DNA of 64,000 nt. It comes from Myxococcota bacterium. GTDB lineage: Bacteria; Myxococcota_A; UBA9160; UBA6930. The notes beneath the pieces were generated by a model. The model made no database searches. It was given only the letters and a program-made list of their open reading frames with translations, and had not been told where the DNA came from. This document shows, one piece after another, positions 1 through 9,282 of the stretch (position 1 is its first letter; each line of letters begins with the position of its first letter). A program made the position numbers and the translations under genes. Where the stretch lies: contig OZ245015.1 of NCBI GenBank assembly GCA_965223705.1, positions 3,424,001 to 3,488,000 of the forward strand, given 5' to 3'.

Positions 1-378
1 AGTGCCAACCACCAGGACGGGACGCCCATCCGTTGGAAGGTCGGGATTCGCGGAACCAGCATCTTCTGGCAGGAAGGGCTCTACGGGGAAACTTGGCTCG
101 GCGGATTGGTAGGCTTCGCGATGCTCGAACCGGGCCGCCACCGCGTATTTGCAGCCCTCGCGATCCGCGACGGTGGTGGAGAGGAAAACCTTCACGAGGA
201 ACTCTTCACCGGAGCCGAGCAGCTGATGCACCGGACGATCAATGAAGATCGAGACATCCTCAACACGATCCACTACCGCCCCGGAACGCTGACGCAAGGC
301 GATACAACGCTGGGTCGCTACCTCAAGTTCCTGCGCGACTTTCCCCGCGCCCATCCGTCGGGACCGTTTCTGCGCTGA
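1..378 (+). CDS. C-terminal part of a probable Rieske non-heme iron oxygenase catalytic domain (5' truncated by window edge)
   Basis: Frame 1 is open from base 1 to TGA at 376-378. The C-terminus 'INEDRDILNTIHY...QGDTTLGRYLKFL' resembles the ED..I...D helix of Rieske oxygenases. The Rieske motif itself is not in the window. Confidence 0.5.
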   Translation, partial: SANHQDGTPIRWKVGIRGTSIFWQEGLYGETWLGGLVGFAMLEPGRHRVFAALAIRDGGGEENLHEELFTGAEQLMHRTINEDRDILNTIHYRPGTLTQGDTTLGRYLKFLRDFPRAHPSGPFLR

Positions 379-410
379 GCGCGCGCGTTGCCACCAACAG
401 GGGGCTGCTG

Positions 411-1487
411 ATGCTCGAGATCGGGATTTTTCTACCGATCGCCAAGGGTGGATTCATCGTGTCGCGGCATGTGCCGGACACCTGGCCGACCTGGGAGCTC
501 AATCGCGACGTGACTCTCCGTTGCGAGTCCTTGGGCTTCGATTTCGCTCTGTCGATGGTGAAGTTCCGAGGGTTCGGCGGAGAAACCGAGTACTGGGACT
601 ACGCACTGGACTCCTTCACGCTGACCGCGTCACTCGCGGCGATGACCTCTCGGATCCGATTGATTCCGTCGGTCACGAATCTCACCCTGCACCCTGCGGT
701 CAGCGCGAGGATGGCGGTCACGATCGAAGCCGTATGCCCGGGTCGATTCGGGCTCAACATCGTCTCGGGCTGGTACAAAGACGAGTTCCAACAGATGGGG
801 CTGTGGCCGGGTGACCAGCACTTCGAGAGCCGATACGACTACGCCACCGAATACGTGCAGGTCTTGCGCTCTCTCTGGGATACGGGTCGTTGCGATTTTC
901 GAGGCACTTATTTCGAGCTCGAGAACGCGGAGATCAAACCGCAACCCAGCACGCCCATCCCGCTCGTATGCGCGGGCCAATCCGCTCGGGGTATCCGGTT
1001 TACCGCCGAGTGCGGTGATCGGAATTTCGTGATTGCGGGCGGCAACACCCACGACATCGAGGCGGACATCCGCGCGCTGCTTCACATCACGACCGAGCTA
1101 CAGGAACAGGCCAGAGCGCTCCACCGCGAAGTGGGAACGATCGGCTTGTTCAATATCATTGCCGCCGACACCGACGCGGAGGCAAAGCGTCGGTTCGACT
1201 ACATTGTCGAGGGCGCCGACGAAACCGCCCTGGCGAACCTTGTCGACCAAGCAGAACTCGACCCGTCCGAGGGCATGTCGGAGAGCTTGAAACGGAAGTC
1301 CATGTTCATGGGCCTTCCGACGCTGGTCGGCGGGTGGGAGACTGTCGCGAACTACCTCGATCGACTGCACCGAGAGGCGCGCCTCGATGCCTGTATGTTT
1401 GCCTTTCCCGATTTCGTACGGGATATCGAGGATTTCGGAACCCACATCCAACCGCGGATGGACGCGCGCCGCGACGCGCTCGCGTAG
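411..1487 (+). CDS. RutA-like luciferase-family (LLM) flavin-dependent monooxygenase
   Basis: 'GIFLPI', 'FDFALSMVKFRGFGGETEYWD', 'NIVSGW...EFQQMGLWPGD', 'CAGQSARG' match the RutA-type pattern. Confidence 0.85.
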   Translation: MLEIGIFLPIAKGGFIVSRHVPDTWPTWELNRDVTLRCESLGFDFALSMVKFRGFGGETEYWDYALDSFTLTASLAAMTSRIRLIPSVTNLTLHPAVSARMAVTIEAVCPGRFGLNIVSGWYKDEFQQMGLWPGDQHFESRYDYATEYVQVLRSLWDTGRCDFRGTYFELENAEIKPQPSTPIPLVCAGQSARGIRFTAECGDRNFVIAGGNTHDIEADIRALLHITTELQEQARALHREVGTIGLFNIIAADTDAEAKRRFDYIVEGADETALANLVDQAELDPSEGMSESLKRKSMFMGLPTLVGGWETVANYLDRLHREARLDACMFAFPDFVRDIEDFGTHIQPRMDARRDALA

Positions 1488-1495
1488 GAGAGAGC

Positions 1496-2239
1496 ATGCC
1501 GGACGTCGTCGGATTTCGCGCGAAGATGGGCGTGATCATCCCTTCCACGAACACGGTCGTCGAGTCCGACTTCTCGGAACTGAGGATTCCGGGCGTGACA
1601 TTCCACAGCGGTCGCATCTACATCGGACAGCCGAATCTCTCCTCGGACGAGGCGATGGAAGAGCTGCTCGCGCAGGTGGATCGCGCCATCGAAATCGCGG
1701 CGCGCGACGTACTCACGTGCCTCCCGGATTACCTCGTGATGGGGATGTCGGCGCCGACTTTTTGGGGCGGCGCCGAGGGCAGCCTCCGCTTCTCCGAAAA
1801 GATGAAACGATTGTCCGGACTCGACATCTCGACGGGTTCCGAAGCCTGCTCGGCGGCGCTTGAGACGCTCGGCGCAAAGCGAATCGCTGTCTTCACTCCA
1901 TACCAGCCCATCATGAGGGAACAGATCGTTCGCTATTTCGAGGAGCGCGGTTTCGAGGTACCGCGTTACAAGGACTTGCGGTGCGAAAGTGCGACGGCCA
2001 TCGCCGAGATTCGCCCCGAGGCGCTGCGACCTGTCCTCAAAGAGCTCGACGGAGATGATATCGACGCCATCGTTCAGTGCGGGACGAACCTCTCGATGAT
2101 CCGTCTCGCCGACGACGCGGAGGGGTGGCTCGGGAAACCCGTCATCGCCATCAACACCGCAACCCTGTGGCACGCCTATCGGCAGAACGGCTTGGACGAC
2201 CGGATCTACGGGTTCGGTTCCCTGATGAGTCGGCACTAG
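1496..2239 (+). CDS. Asp/Glu racemase superfamily protein (maleate isomerase / arylmalonate decarboxylase-like)
   Basis: ATG 1496 follows AGGAG. Motifs 'GVIIPSTNTVVE', 'VFTPY', 'GTNL', 'GKPVIAINTATLW'. Confidence 0.85.
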   Translation: MPDVVGFRAKMGVIIPSTNTVVESDFSELRIPGVTFHSGRIYIGQPNLSSDEAMEELLAQVDRAIEIAARDVLTCLPDYLVMGMSAPTFWGGAEGSLRFSEKMKRLSGLDISTGSEACSAALETLGAKRIAVFTPYQPIMREQIVRYFEERGFEVPRYKDLRCESATAIAEIRPEALRPVLKELDGDDIDAIVQCGTNLSMIRLADDAEGWLGKPVIAINTATLWHAYRQNGLDDRIYGFGSLMSRH

Positions 2240-2259
2240 CGACGCGAAAGGAGGCCGCG

Positions 2260-2571
2260 GTGGTCTATGAGATGCGCACGTATACCCTTCACCCGGGCAA
2301 GGTCCCCGAGTTTGAGGCACTCATTCAAAACGAGGCGCTGCCTCACCTGACGAAATACGGAACACTCGTCGGTTGGTGGTCGACGGAGATCGGTCCGCTC
2401 AACGAAGTAATTCATCTGTGGTCTTACGATGACCTCGCGCACCGCGAGCGTTCCCGCCGGCTGCAGGCGGAAGATCTGACGCTGGCGGCTTTCCGGCCCA
2501 AAGCGCAGCAACTCGTCGCGAGTCAGGAGAACAAGATCCTTGTGCCATCGAACTTTTCTCCGCTTCGGTAG
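2260..2571 (+). CDS. NIPSNAP family protein
   Basis: GTG 2260 follows AAGGAGG. Motifs 'YEMRTYTLHPGK', 'GPLNEVIHLWSY', 'FSPLR'. Confidence 0.9.
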   Translation: MVYEMRTYTLHPGKVPEFEALIQNEALPHLTKYGTLVGWWSTEIGPLNEVIHLWSYDDLAHRERSRRLQAEDLTLAAFRPKAQQLVASQENKILVPSNFSPLR

Positions 2572-2586
2572 TCGCTGAGCCACCGC

Positions 2587-3633
2587 ATGACTCTCCTCGT
2601 TCTGTATATCCTGCTGGCGATCGGCGTCTCGTTCGTTTGCTCGGTACTCGAAGCCGTACTGCTGAGCGTCACGCCGGCCTATATCGGTGTCCTCGAAAAA
2701 GAGCGGCCGCGAGCGGCCGAGCGACTGCGGAAACTAAAGGCGGACATCGATCGCCCGCTGGCGACGATTTTGAGTCTCAACACCATCGCACACACGATCG
2801 GCGCAGCAGGGGCCGGGGCTCAGGCGGCCTCGGTGTTTGGAAGCGCGTGGATCGGCGTCTTCTCTGCGGTGCTGACGCTCGCGATTCTCGTTCTCTCGGA
2901 GATCATCCCGAAGACGCTCGGGGCGGTCTACTGGCGCGAGCTCGCCCCCGGAACGAGCCGTGTGCTGGCCGTTCTCATCCGGGTCCTCATCCCTTTCGTT
3001 TGGCTTTCGCAGTGGATCACGCGCCTCATCGCTCCCGGCTCCAAGTCAGAATCCGTCAGCCGGGACGAGCTGGTCGCGCTCGCGACACTCGGCGCCGAGC
3101 AGGGAGTCGTGCAACGTCGCGAAGCCAGGATCCTCAAGAACCTGATGCGTTTCAATGAGCTTACGGCCCAGGACATCATGACACCGCGAACCGTGCTATT
3201 CGCCGCCCCGGAGACCTCATCGGTATCGGCGCTCGTGGAGCGCCAACCTTTCTTTTCTCGTATCCCGATCTACGACGACGATCTCGATCAGGTGACCGGC
3301 TATGTCCTGAAAGACGCCGTACTCGAGCGGCTTTCGGCGGGGTTGCCCGAAACGAAGCTTCTCGAAATCCGCCGCGAGATCCTGGCAGTTCCTCACAAGC
3401 TCTCGTTGCCCGAGCTCTTCGATCGGTTGCTCGAGCGTCGCGAACACATCGCCCTCGTCGTAGGGAAGTTCGGAGGCACGGCGGGCGTCGTCACGATGGA
3501 GGACGTTATCGAAACGCTCCTCGGTCTCGAGATCGTCGACGAGGTCGACGAAAACATGGATATGCAACAGGTCGCGCGAGAACGCTGGGCGGAACGGGCC
3601 GCGAAGATGGGTATCACGATCCCCGAACCGTGA
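2587..3633 (+). CDS. CNNM/DUF21 + CBS-pair membrane protein (hemolysin/CorB-like)
   Basis: 'SFVCSVLEAVLLS', 'NTIAHTIGA', 'SEIIPKTLG', 'IMTPR', 'FSRIPIY', 'TMEDVIETLLGLEIVDE'. Confidence 0.9.
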   Translation: MTLLVLYILLAIGVSFVCSVLEAVLLSVTPAYIGVLEKERPRAAERLRKLKADIDRPLATILSLNTIAHTIGAAGAGAQAASVFGSAWIGVFSAVLTLAILVLSEIIPKTLGAVYWRELAPGTSRVLAVLIRVLIPFVWLSQWITRLIAPGSKSESVSRDELVALATLGAEQGVVQRREARILKNLMRFNELTAQDIMTPRTVLFAAPETSSVSALVERQPFFSRIPIYDDDLDQVTGYVLKDAVLERLSAGLPETKLLEIRREILAVPHKLSLPELFDRLLERREHIALVVGKFGGTAGVVTMEDVIETLLGLEIVDEVDENMDMQQVARERWAERAAKMGITIPEP

Positions 3634-3634
3634 C

Positions 3635-3652
3635 CCGGCGAGAACTCGCCGG
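3635..3652. terminator. GC-rich hairpin between convergent genes (possible terminator)
   Basis: CCGGCGA-GAAC-TCGCCGG directly after the CNNM stop. No clear U tract. Confidence 0.35.
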
Positions 3653-3660
3653 CGATCAGT

Positions 3661-4035
3661 CTAGTCTTCAGCGCCGTTCGGAGCGTCGATCGCAAAAAGC
3701 CAGGTGCCGTCCGATTGCTGACGTACCAGCTCGACAGAACGCCCGCTCATCTCGATCGAGCCACCGTCCGGCCCGGTGCCCACGAGTTTCCAAGTGCCGC
3801 GGGTTACGGCGACATCGCCCGTCCGAATCGTCTCCTTCGGCTCCATGGTGAGACTCGGCTTCGTCGCGATGAACGCCTCCATGACCGAGCGGATTGCGTC
3901 GGTCCCTGTGACCGTGCCTTCTTCGGTCACAAAAGCGGCTTCGGGCTCATAGAGCGCAACGGCGGCCTCGAGGTCGCCTCGGTTGATCGCGTCGATGAGT
4001 TGCACGTTGACTTCTTCGGGAGTGTTGGCAGCCAT
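3661..4035 (-). CDS. NTF2-like / SnoaL (YybH/DUF4440-like) protein
   Basis: 'AINRGDLEAAVALYEPEA', 'ELVRQQSDGTWLFAIDAP'. ATG 4035 follows AGGAG. Confidence 0.85.
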   Translation of the reverse strand: MAANTPEEVNVQLIDAINRGDLEAAVALYEPEAAFVTEEGTVTGTDAIRSVMEAFIATKPSLTMEPKETIRTGDVAVTRGTWKLVGTGPDGGSIEMSGRSVELVRQQSDGTWLFAIDAPNGAED

Positions 4036-4101
4036 GGCGGCTCTCCTTGGGTGGGTTGGTCCATAGACCATCTCACATCCGCTCGCGCTCGACGACCGTT
4101 A

Positions 4102-4512
4102 TCATGCGCGCTCCTCCTCAAAGATCTCCGCGGCAAGAGCGCTATTCGCGAAATCCCGAAAGCGGTACCACTTGGCCTCTCGCATGGTGATGATGTGCGC
4201 GAAGTCGGAGCGGAACTCGCGCCCCGCTCGCTTTGTGCGGAACAACTGACTTCCCCAGACCGCGAGGTCGTCGCCCTGCTCGATGAACAACTTGGGCTCC
4301 ATTTCGACGACCTCGACCGAACCGGCGACCGCCTGGAGAAAGGCTCCCACACCTTCGGTCCCCCGGTAGGTCCCGGCGTACGGAATGGCTTCCGTGCCGT
4401 AGTAAGTGATCTCGACGTCAGGATGCATGCAGGCGAACACGGTCTCCGCGTCTCCCGCCGGCACCGCGCGATACAACGCGCGCGTCACTTCTACGTTTCG
4501 ACTCTCATCCAC
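4102..4512 (-). CDS. NTF2-like / SnoaL_2 (ketosteroid isomerase-like) protein
   Basis: 'NVEVTRALY...GD', 'IPYAGTYRG..GV..F', 'FRDFANS'. GTG 4512 overlaps the P450 stop. Confidence 0.85.
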   Translation of the reverse strand: MDESRNVEVTRALYRAVPAGDAETVFACMHPDVEITYYGTEAIPYAGTYRGTEGVGAFLQAVAGSVEVVEMEPKLFIEQGDDLAVWGSQLFRTKRAGREFRSDFAHIITMREAKWYRFRDFANSALAAEIFEEERA

Positions 4513-5737
4513 GGTGTTTTCCTTTCCCGGCCGAGGCCAGCCGGATGGGAAGGGACGCAAATGCGTGCGTCAGTAGATTCGCCTGCTGCTTCCGGGGCGC
4601 GGCGGCACCGAGCGCGATTTCGGGAAAACGCTCGAGCAGCGATGCCACGACGGCGGAAACCTCGAGACGGGCGAGATGGGCACCCAAACAGAAGTGGACG
4701 CCTCGGCCGAAGCTCAGGTGCTGATTCACGTTCGAGCGATCGATATCGAACGCGTCCGGATCGGGGAACACTTCGGGGTCGCGGTTGGCGGCGCCGTAGA
4801 ACAGCGCGACCCAATCGCCTTCGCGAACCTTTGCGTGGCGGATCTCCACGTCGCGCGTCGCAATTCGGAACAGCCGTTGTGGCGGACCCGTGAGGCGTAA
4901 CGTCTCTTCGATGAACGGTCCGATCAGATTCTGGTCGGCGGCGACCCGATCGCGAAGCGGCGAGCGTTGCGCCAGCTCAAAAACCACGTTCGCGATGAGT
5001 CCAGTGGTCGTCTCGGCGCCAGCGACGAGCAACGTGATGCAGAAACGAGCCACCTCTTCCGGTGTCAGGCGCTCGCCATCTACTTCCGCGTCGAGGAGCG
5101 CCCGCGTGAGATGGTCCCAAGACTCTCCCTTCCCCTCGATCACGCGCGCGACGTGCTCCATCACGTACTGCACCATCTGCGCGTTGCTCGCGTTCCGCTC
5201 CTCCGGCGTGAGATCGGCGGAAAGCATGAACGCTGGCGCCCAAGACTCCAGCAGCCGTGCGTCGGATCCGGGAAAGCCGAGCAACCGCGCCATTACAAGG
5301 GCCGGAACACGCGCGGCGACGGCCGACACGAACTCGACCTCGCCTTCGCCGAGTTCGTCCCAGAGTTGCGTTAGGGCTTCGTTCACCCAAGGGCGAAGCG
5401 CCTCGATACGTCTCCGGGTGAACGCGGCACTCACTAGACGCCGAAGCGGCGCGTGCTCCGGCTCGTCGTGATTCACGAGCATGAGCGTGGGCGCGTCGGA
5501 AGCGTCCTGCCTGGGGTCGCGCGAAGAGAACAGGACGTTGTCCCGAGCAGCGCGGTCCACATCGGCGTAGCGGAGAAGCACCCACGCCGTGACGGGCTCG
5601 TCTTGGCCGGGCACCGTGCCCGGCGGAAAGTCCCGGAGGCCCCACAACGGCGAGGCCGCGCGCAGCGCGTCGTAAGCCGGATACGGATCGGCGATGACTT
5701 CGGGACGCGTCAGGTCGGATGCTTGGGAAATCTCCAC
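4505..5737 (-). CDS. Cytochrome P450
   Basis: 'DPYPAY', I-helix 'AGAETT', ExxR 'EETLR', heme motif 'FGRGVHFCLG'. Confidence 0.95.
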   Translation of the reverse strand: MEISQASDLTRPEVIADPYPAYDALRAASPLWGLRDFPPGTVPGQDEPVTAWVLLRYADVDRAARDNVLFSSRDPRQDASDAPTLMLVNHDEPEHAPLRRLVSAAFTRRRIEALRPWVNEALTQLWDELGEGEVEFVSAVAARVPALVMARLLGFPGSDARLLESWAPAFMLSADLTPEERNASNAQMVQYVMEHVARVIEGKGESWDHLTRALLDAEVDGERLTPEEVARFCITLLVAGAETTTGLIANVVFELAQRSPLRDRVAADQNLIGPFIEETLRLTGPPQRLFRIATRDVEIRHAKVREGDWVALFYGAANRDPEVFPDPDAFDIDRSNVNQHLSFGRGVHFCLGAHLARLEVSAVVASLLERFPEIALGAAAPRKQQANLLTHAFASLPIRLASAGKGKHRG

Positions 5738-5758
5738 GACGGTCTCTCCTCGGTTAAA

Positions 5759-5791
5759 TATGTCCTTTGGACACTATGTCCTAGAGAAACA
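5759..5791. promoter_or_regulatory. Putative MarR operator(s) in the P450/MarR divergent spacer
   Basis: Palindrome TGTCC-TTT-GGACA (5761-5773) and direct repeat TATGTCCT (5759, 5775) in an AT-rich patch. Confidence 0.5.
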
Positions 5792-5817
5792 ATTGGTTCA
5801 AGGCTAATCTCGAAGCG

Positions 5818-6324
5818 ATGCCTCCGAAAACCCCTCCCCGAGCACGCGCCATTCCACCCGTGAAGAAGGCGCAGTTCGCAGCCGATTTCCTGGAGCTCTT
5901 CTACCCGGTCCACTACAAGATCGGGATGAAGATCGAGGATGGGATGCGTGGCGGTCGACTTTCGCGTCACCAAGTCGCTGTCCTGTGGCTCATCCGAACC
6001 GAAGGGGACGAAGGCACCGAGATCCGCCGGAAGGACATCGAGCGTGCGATGGGGAGTTGGTTCGAAATCAAGAGCTCGGCCATCTCGAAGGTGATTCGCT
6101 CGCTGACGCGGCCCCCACTGGATCTCGTCGAGATCTTCGAGGATGCGGAATCCGGCAGAGAGAAGCGCGTTCGGCTCACGGCGAAAGGCCACACTGAAAT
6201 CGATCGGATCGTCGTGGCCGGGCGTGAATTCATCGCGTCGATGGTCGAGCATTTGAGCGTGGACGACGCGAAGGCCGGTGTCCGCTTCCTGGCAAAGGTT
6301 TCGCAGATCGTCGAAATCGTCTGA
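5818..6324 (+). CDS. MarR family transcriptional regulator
   Basis: 'LSRHQVAVLWLI', wHTH 'SSAISKVIRSL', wing 'GREKRVRLTAKG'. Confidence 0.85.
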   Translation: MPPKTPPRARAIPPVKKAQFAADFLELFYPVHYKIGMKIEDGMRGGRLSRHQVAVLWLIRTEGDEGTEIRRKDIERAMGSWFEIKSSAISKVIRSLTRPPLDLVEIFEDAESGREKRVRLTAKGHTEIDRIVVAGREFIASMVEHLSVDDAKAGVRFLAKVSQIVEIV

Positions 6325-6349
6325 GAGGCCGGGGAACCGCGAGCGTTTC

Positions 6350-7183
6350 GTGAGCGACAAGCTGCAGCTACCGGAAGTCCCGGACTCGCTCTTTTGCCTG
6401 ACAACGCGCCCGGCGCGGGACGAATCATACCGCTCGTGTCGTTCTCGGACGGGTCTCGTCGTAACGACGTACGACCGTCCGCGGTTGCTGCGCCGGTTGC
6501 TGGCAACGCTCCGCCGTGTCGAGCTCAGCAACTGCGTGCTCTTGTTGGTCGACGACGCGAGTTCCGAGCAGACAAGGCGACTCGTCGAGGAATATCGACA
6601 TCCCTCTGCCTCGGTGATCACGGCCGTGCGGCGCCTACGCGACGATTGTCAGCTTCCGGCAAACCTGCGCTTCGCCTGGGACAAGCTCGTGGCCGAATAC
6701 GGCTGCGAGCGGCTTCTCTGCCTCGATGCCGACACGCTTGTACAACCGGACTTTCTGGCCAGCCTCGAAGCGGCGTTTGACGCGACGACGACACACGGTC
6801 AGCGGATCGTGAGCGGCTTCAACGCACCCTCGCACCAGGTGTTAGCCGAGACGCCTTCCCTCGCCGAGAAGGCATCCCTCGGCGGCGTCAATCTCTATTT
6901 CGACGCCGCCGTCTATGCGTCCCACGTCCGGGAGACGCTCCGCGACATGCGTTGGGACCGCGCGTTGGCCGACCACGCGGGTCCCGAGACCTTGCGTTTC
7001 TTTGCGACGACGCCTTCGGTCGTTCAACACACCGGGCGCACGGGATTTTGGTCGAGCTGGCGCAGTGGCGTGTTCGACTTTGCCCCAGACTACGCCTACT
7101 CGGGGCGACTCGACCAAATGCTTCGGCAAGGTACGCTGCGCGCCCGCCATCGACTCAATCAGTGGCTGCGCCGGCGGTCCTGA
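6350..7183 (+). CDS. Glycosyltransferase family 2 (GT-A fold)
   Basis: 'VVTTYDRPRLL', 'LVDDAS', DxD 'LDADT', 'VVQHTG'. Start uncertain. Confidence 0.7.
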   Translation: MSDKLQLPEVPDSLFCLTTRPARDESYRSCRSRTGLVVTTYDRPRLLRRLLATLRRVELSNCVLLLVDDASSEQTRRLVEEYRHPSASVITAVRRLRDDCQLPANLRFAWDKLVAEYGCERLLCLDADTLVQPDFLASLEAAFDATTTHGQRIVSGFNAPSHQVLAETPSLAEKASLGGVNLYFDAAVYASHVRETLRDMRWDRALADHAGPETLRFFATTPSVVQHTGRTGFWSSWRSGVFDFAPDYAYSGRLDQMLRQGTLRARHRLNQWLRRRS

Positions 7184-7188
7184 CGCAA

Positions 7189-7521
7189 CTACCTTGTGGG
7201 AAGCGTGAAGCCCATGTCGCGCTTCCCGCGAACGTCATAGATCTCCGCCGAATAGTGGAGAATGTCGCCGCGAATGTTGGACTCACTGAGAGCCGCTACG
7301 AGGCGATCCATATAAGGGTGGGTAAAGTGCTCATCGAGCGCCGCCTGATCGTCCCAGACCTCGAAGATAATCGCGCGGTTTGGCTCGGTAACATCGATGG
7401 CCCAGTCGTAAATCTGGGCGCCCGCTTCCTTGCGCGAGTACCCGATCGCTTCTTCCACCGCGTGCTTGACCCGATCAAAGCCTCCGGGCACGAACTGAAA
7501 CTCAACGGAAACAATCAGCAC
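7189..7521 (-). CDS. Antibiotic biosynthesis monooxygenase (ABM / quinol monooxygenase-like)
   Basis: 'SRKEAG', 'FEVWDDQAALDEHFTHPYM'. GTG 7521 follows GGAGGAG. Confidence 0.85.
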   Translation of the reverse strand: MLIVSVEFQFVPGGFDRVKHAVEEAIGYSRKEAGAQIYDWAIDVTEPNRAIIFEVWDDQAALDEHFTHPYMDRLVAALSESNIRGDILHYSAEIYDVRGKRDMGFTLPTR

Positions 7522-7558
7522 GGCCAACTCCTCCGACACTTCCGGCTTGGCCGGCTAG

Positions 7559-7574
7559 TATGACGGGGGTCATA
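7559..7574. promoter_or_regulatory. Palindrome in the ABM/BVMO divergent spacer
   Basis: TATGAC-GGGG-GTCATA with perfect 6-bp arms. Confidence 0.4.
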
Positions 7575-7646
7575 GGGAGCGTCATCGAAACCGATAGGAT
7601 CCCTTGTGACTGGAAACCACCACAAGATTGAGCGATTAATACGGAT

Positions 7647-9263
7647 ATGAATGCTACCGAATCTACTGGCACGGATTTCGACGCGATCATCGTCGGAGCC
7701 GGAATTGCCGGGCTCTACCAACTCCACCGGCTTCGCGAAAAGGGGCTCCGGGTTCGCTCGATCGACGCGGCGAGCGACGTCGGGGGCACCTGGTACTGGA
7801 ACTGCTACCCGGGCGCGCGGGTCGACTCCCAGTCCTATATCTACCAGTACTGGTTCTCGGACGACCTAATCGAGGAATGGAACTGGAGCCAGCGCTTCCC
7901 GACGCAGCCCGAGCTCGAGCGCTACCTCGACTTCGTGGCCGACAAGCTCGATCTCCGCAAGGACATCCAGTTCAACACGCGGGTGACATCGGCGAACTGG
8001 GACGAAGTGCAGAGCCACTGGATTCTGCACACGGACAAGGGCGAGGACCTGACCGCGCGTTTCTTCATCAGCTGCACCGGCATGCTCTCGGCTCCGATGG
8101 TCCCGCCGTTCCCGGGTCGCGAAGCGTACAAAGGGACGGTTGCGCACACCGCGCGATATCCGCGGGAGGGCATCGAGCTCGCGGGAAAAAAAGTGGGCGT
8201 GGTCGGTACGGGCGCTACGGCGATCCAAGTCATTCAGACGATCGCCGATGAGGTCGGGCAACTCACGGTCTTTCAGCGCACGCCGCAGTACGCCGTCGCC
8301 ATGCGCAACCCGCACTACACCGACGCCGACCGCGCGAAGTACAAGGCGAAGGCAAAAGAACTGTACGAGCGTGTGCACAGCACCTTTGCGGGCTTCGATT
8401 TCGATCTCGATCACGGATCGTGGTTCGATCACACACCGGAAAAGCGTCGAGAGATTCTCGAAGAAATTTGGGCCGACGGCTCGCTCAGCATGTGGGTGGG
8501 CAGCTTTCCCGAGGTGCTGACCGATGAGACCGTGGGAGAAGAAATGTCAGAGTTCGTGCGCGAGAAGATCCGCGCGCGCATCGACGACCCGAAAATCGCC
8601 GAGAAGCTGCTCCCCTACCACTATACGTTCGGCACCTACCGCGTCCCGCTCGAGCTGGGCTACTACGATGTCTACAACCGGGACAACGTCGAGCTCGTCG
8701 ATGTCAAGACCGCGCCGATCGAGTGCTTCACAGAGAAGGGCCTGAAGACCGCCGACGCGGAATACGAACTCGATGTCGTCATTCTCGCGACCGGGTTCGA
8801 CGCCGGGACGGGCTCACTATCGGCCATGAACATCACGGGCCGAGACGGAGCCTCGCTGACCCAGCAGTGGAAGGAGGACATCCGCTCGACCATGGGGCTC
8901 GCGGTGCACGGATTCCCCAACCTGTTCACTGTCGCCGGTCCCCTGGCCCCCTCGACGGCCTTCTGCAACATGACCACCTGCCTCATGCAACAGGCGGACT
9001 GGATCACCGACTGCATCTCCTGGATGCTCGACCACGACCACCATGCGTTTGAACCGACGGAGGAGAAGCAGAACGAGTGGGTGCAGCATCACGACGAGGT
9101 CGCCAACGCGACTTTGATGATGCGCACGAACTCGTGGTACACAGGCGCCAACATCGAAGGCAAACCGCGGCGCTTGCTCTCCTATATCGGTGGCGCTGCC
9201 AACTATCGGCAGATTTGCGAGGGCGTAGCGAAGAGCGGCTACGAGGGTTTCGCCGTCACCTAG
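7647..9263 (+). CDS. Type I Baeyer-Villiger monooxygenase (acetone/MEK monooxygenase-like)
   Basis: Two GxGxxG/A Rossmann motifs, 'GGTWYWNCYPGARVD', fingerprint variant 'YKGTVAHTARYP', 'ATGFD', 'SWYTGANIEGK'. Confidence 0.92.
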   Translation: MNATESTGTDFDAIIVGAGIAGLYQLHRLREKGLRVRSIDAASDVGGTWYWNCYPGARVDSQSYIYQYWFSDDLIEEWNWSQRFPTQPELERYLDFVADKLDLRKDIQFNTRVTSANWDEVQSHWILHTDKGEDLTARFFISCTGMLSAPMVPPFPGREAYKGTVAHTARYPREGIELAGKKVGVVGTGATAIQVIQTIADEVGQLTVFQRTPQYAVAMRNPHYTDADRAKYKAKAKELYERVHSTFAGFDFDLDHGSWFDHTPEKRREILEEIWADGSLSMWVGSFPEVLTDETVGEEMSEFVREKIRARIDDPKIAEKLLPYHYTFGTYRVPLELGYYDVYNRDNVELVDVKTAPIECFTEKGLKTADAEYELDVVILATGFDAGTGSLSAMNITGRDGASLTQQWKEDIRSTMGLAVHGFPNLFTVAGPLAPSTAFCNMTTCLMQQADWITDCISWMLDHDHHAFEPTEEKQNEWVQHHDEVANATLMMRTNSWYTGANIEGKPRRLLSYIGGAANYRQICEGVAKSGYEGFAVT

Positions 9264-9282
9264 ACTCATCGGGTTGCCTGCC

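Noticed and set aside
6350..7183. GT2 gene as a sign of a glycan locus or island
   Set aside because: Isolated gene with no other polysaccharide or mobility genes.
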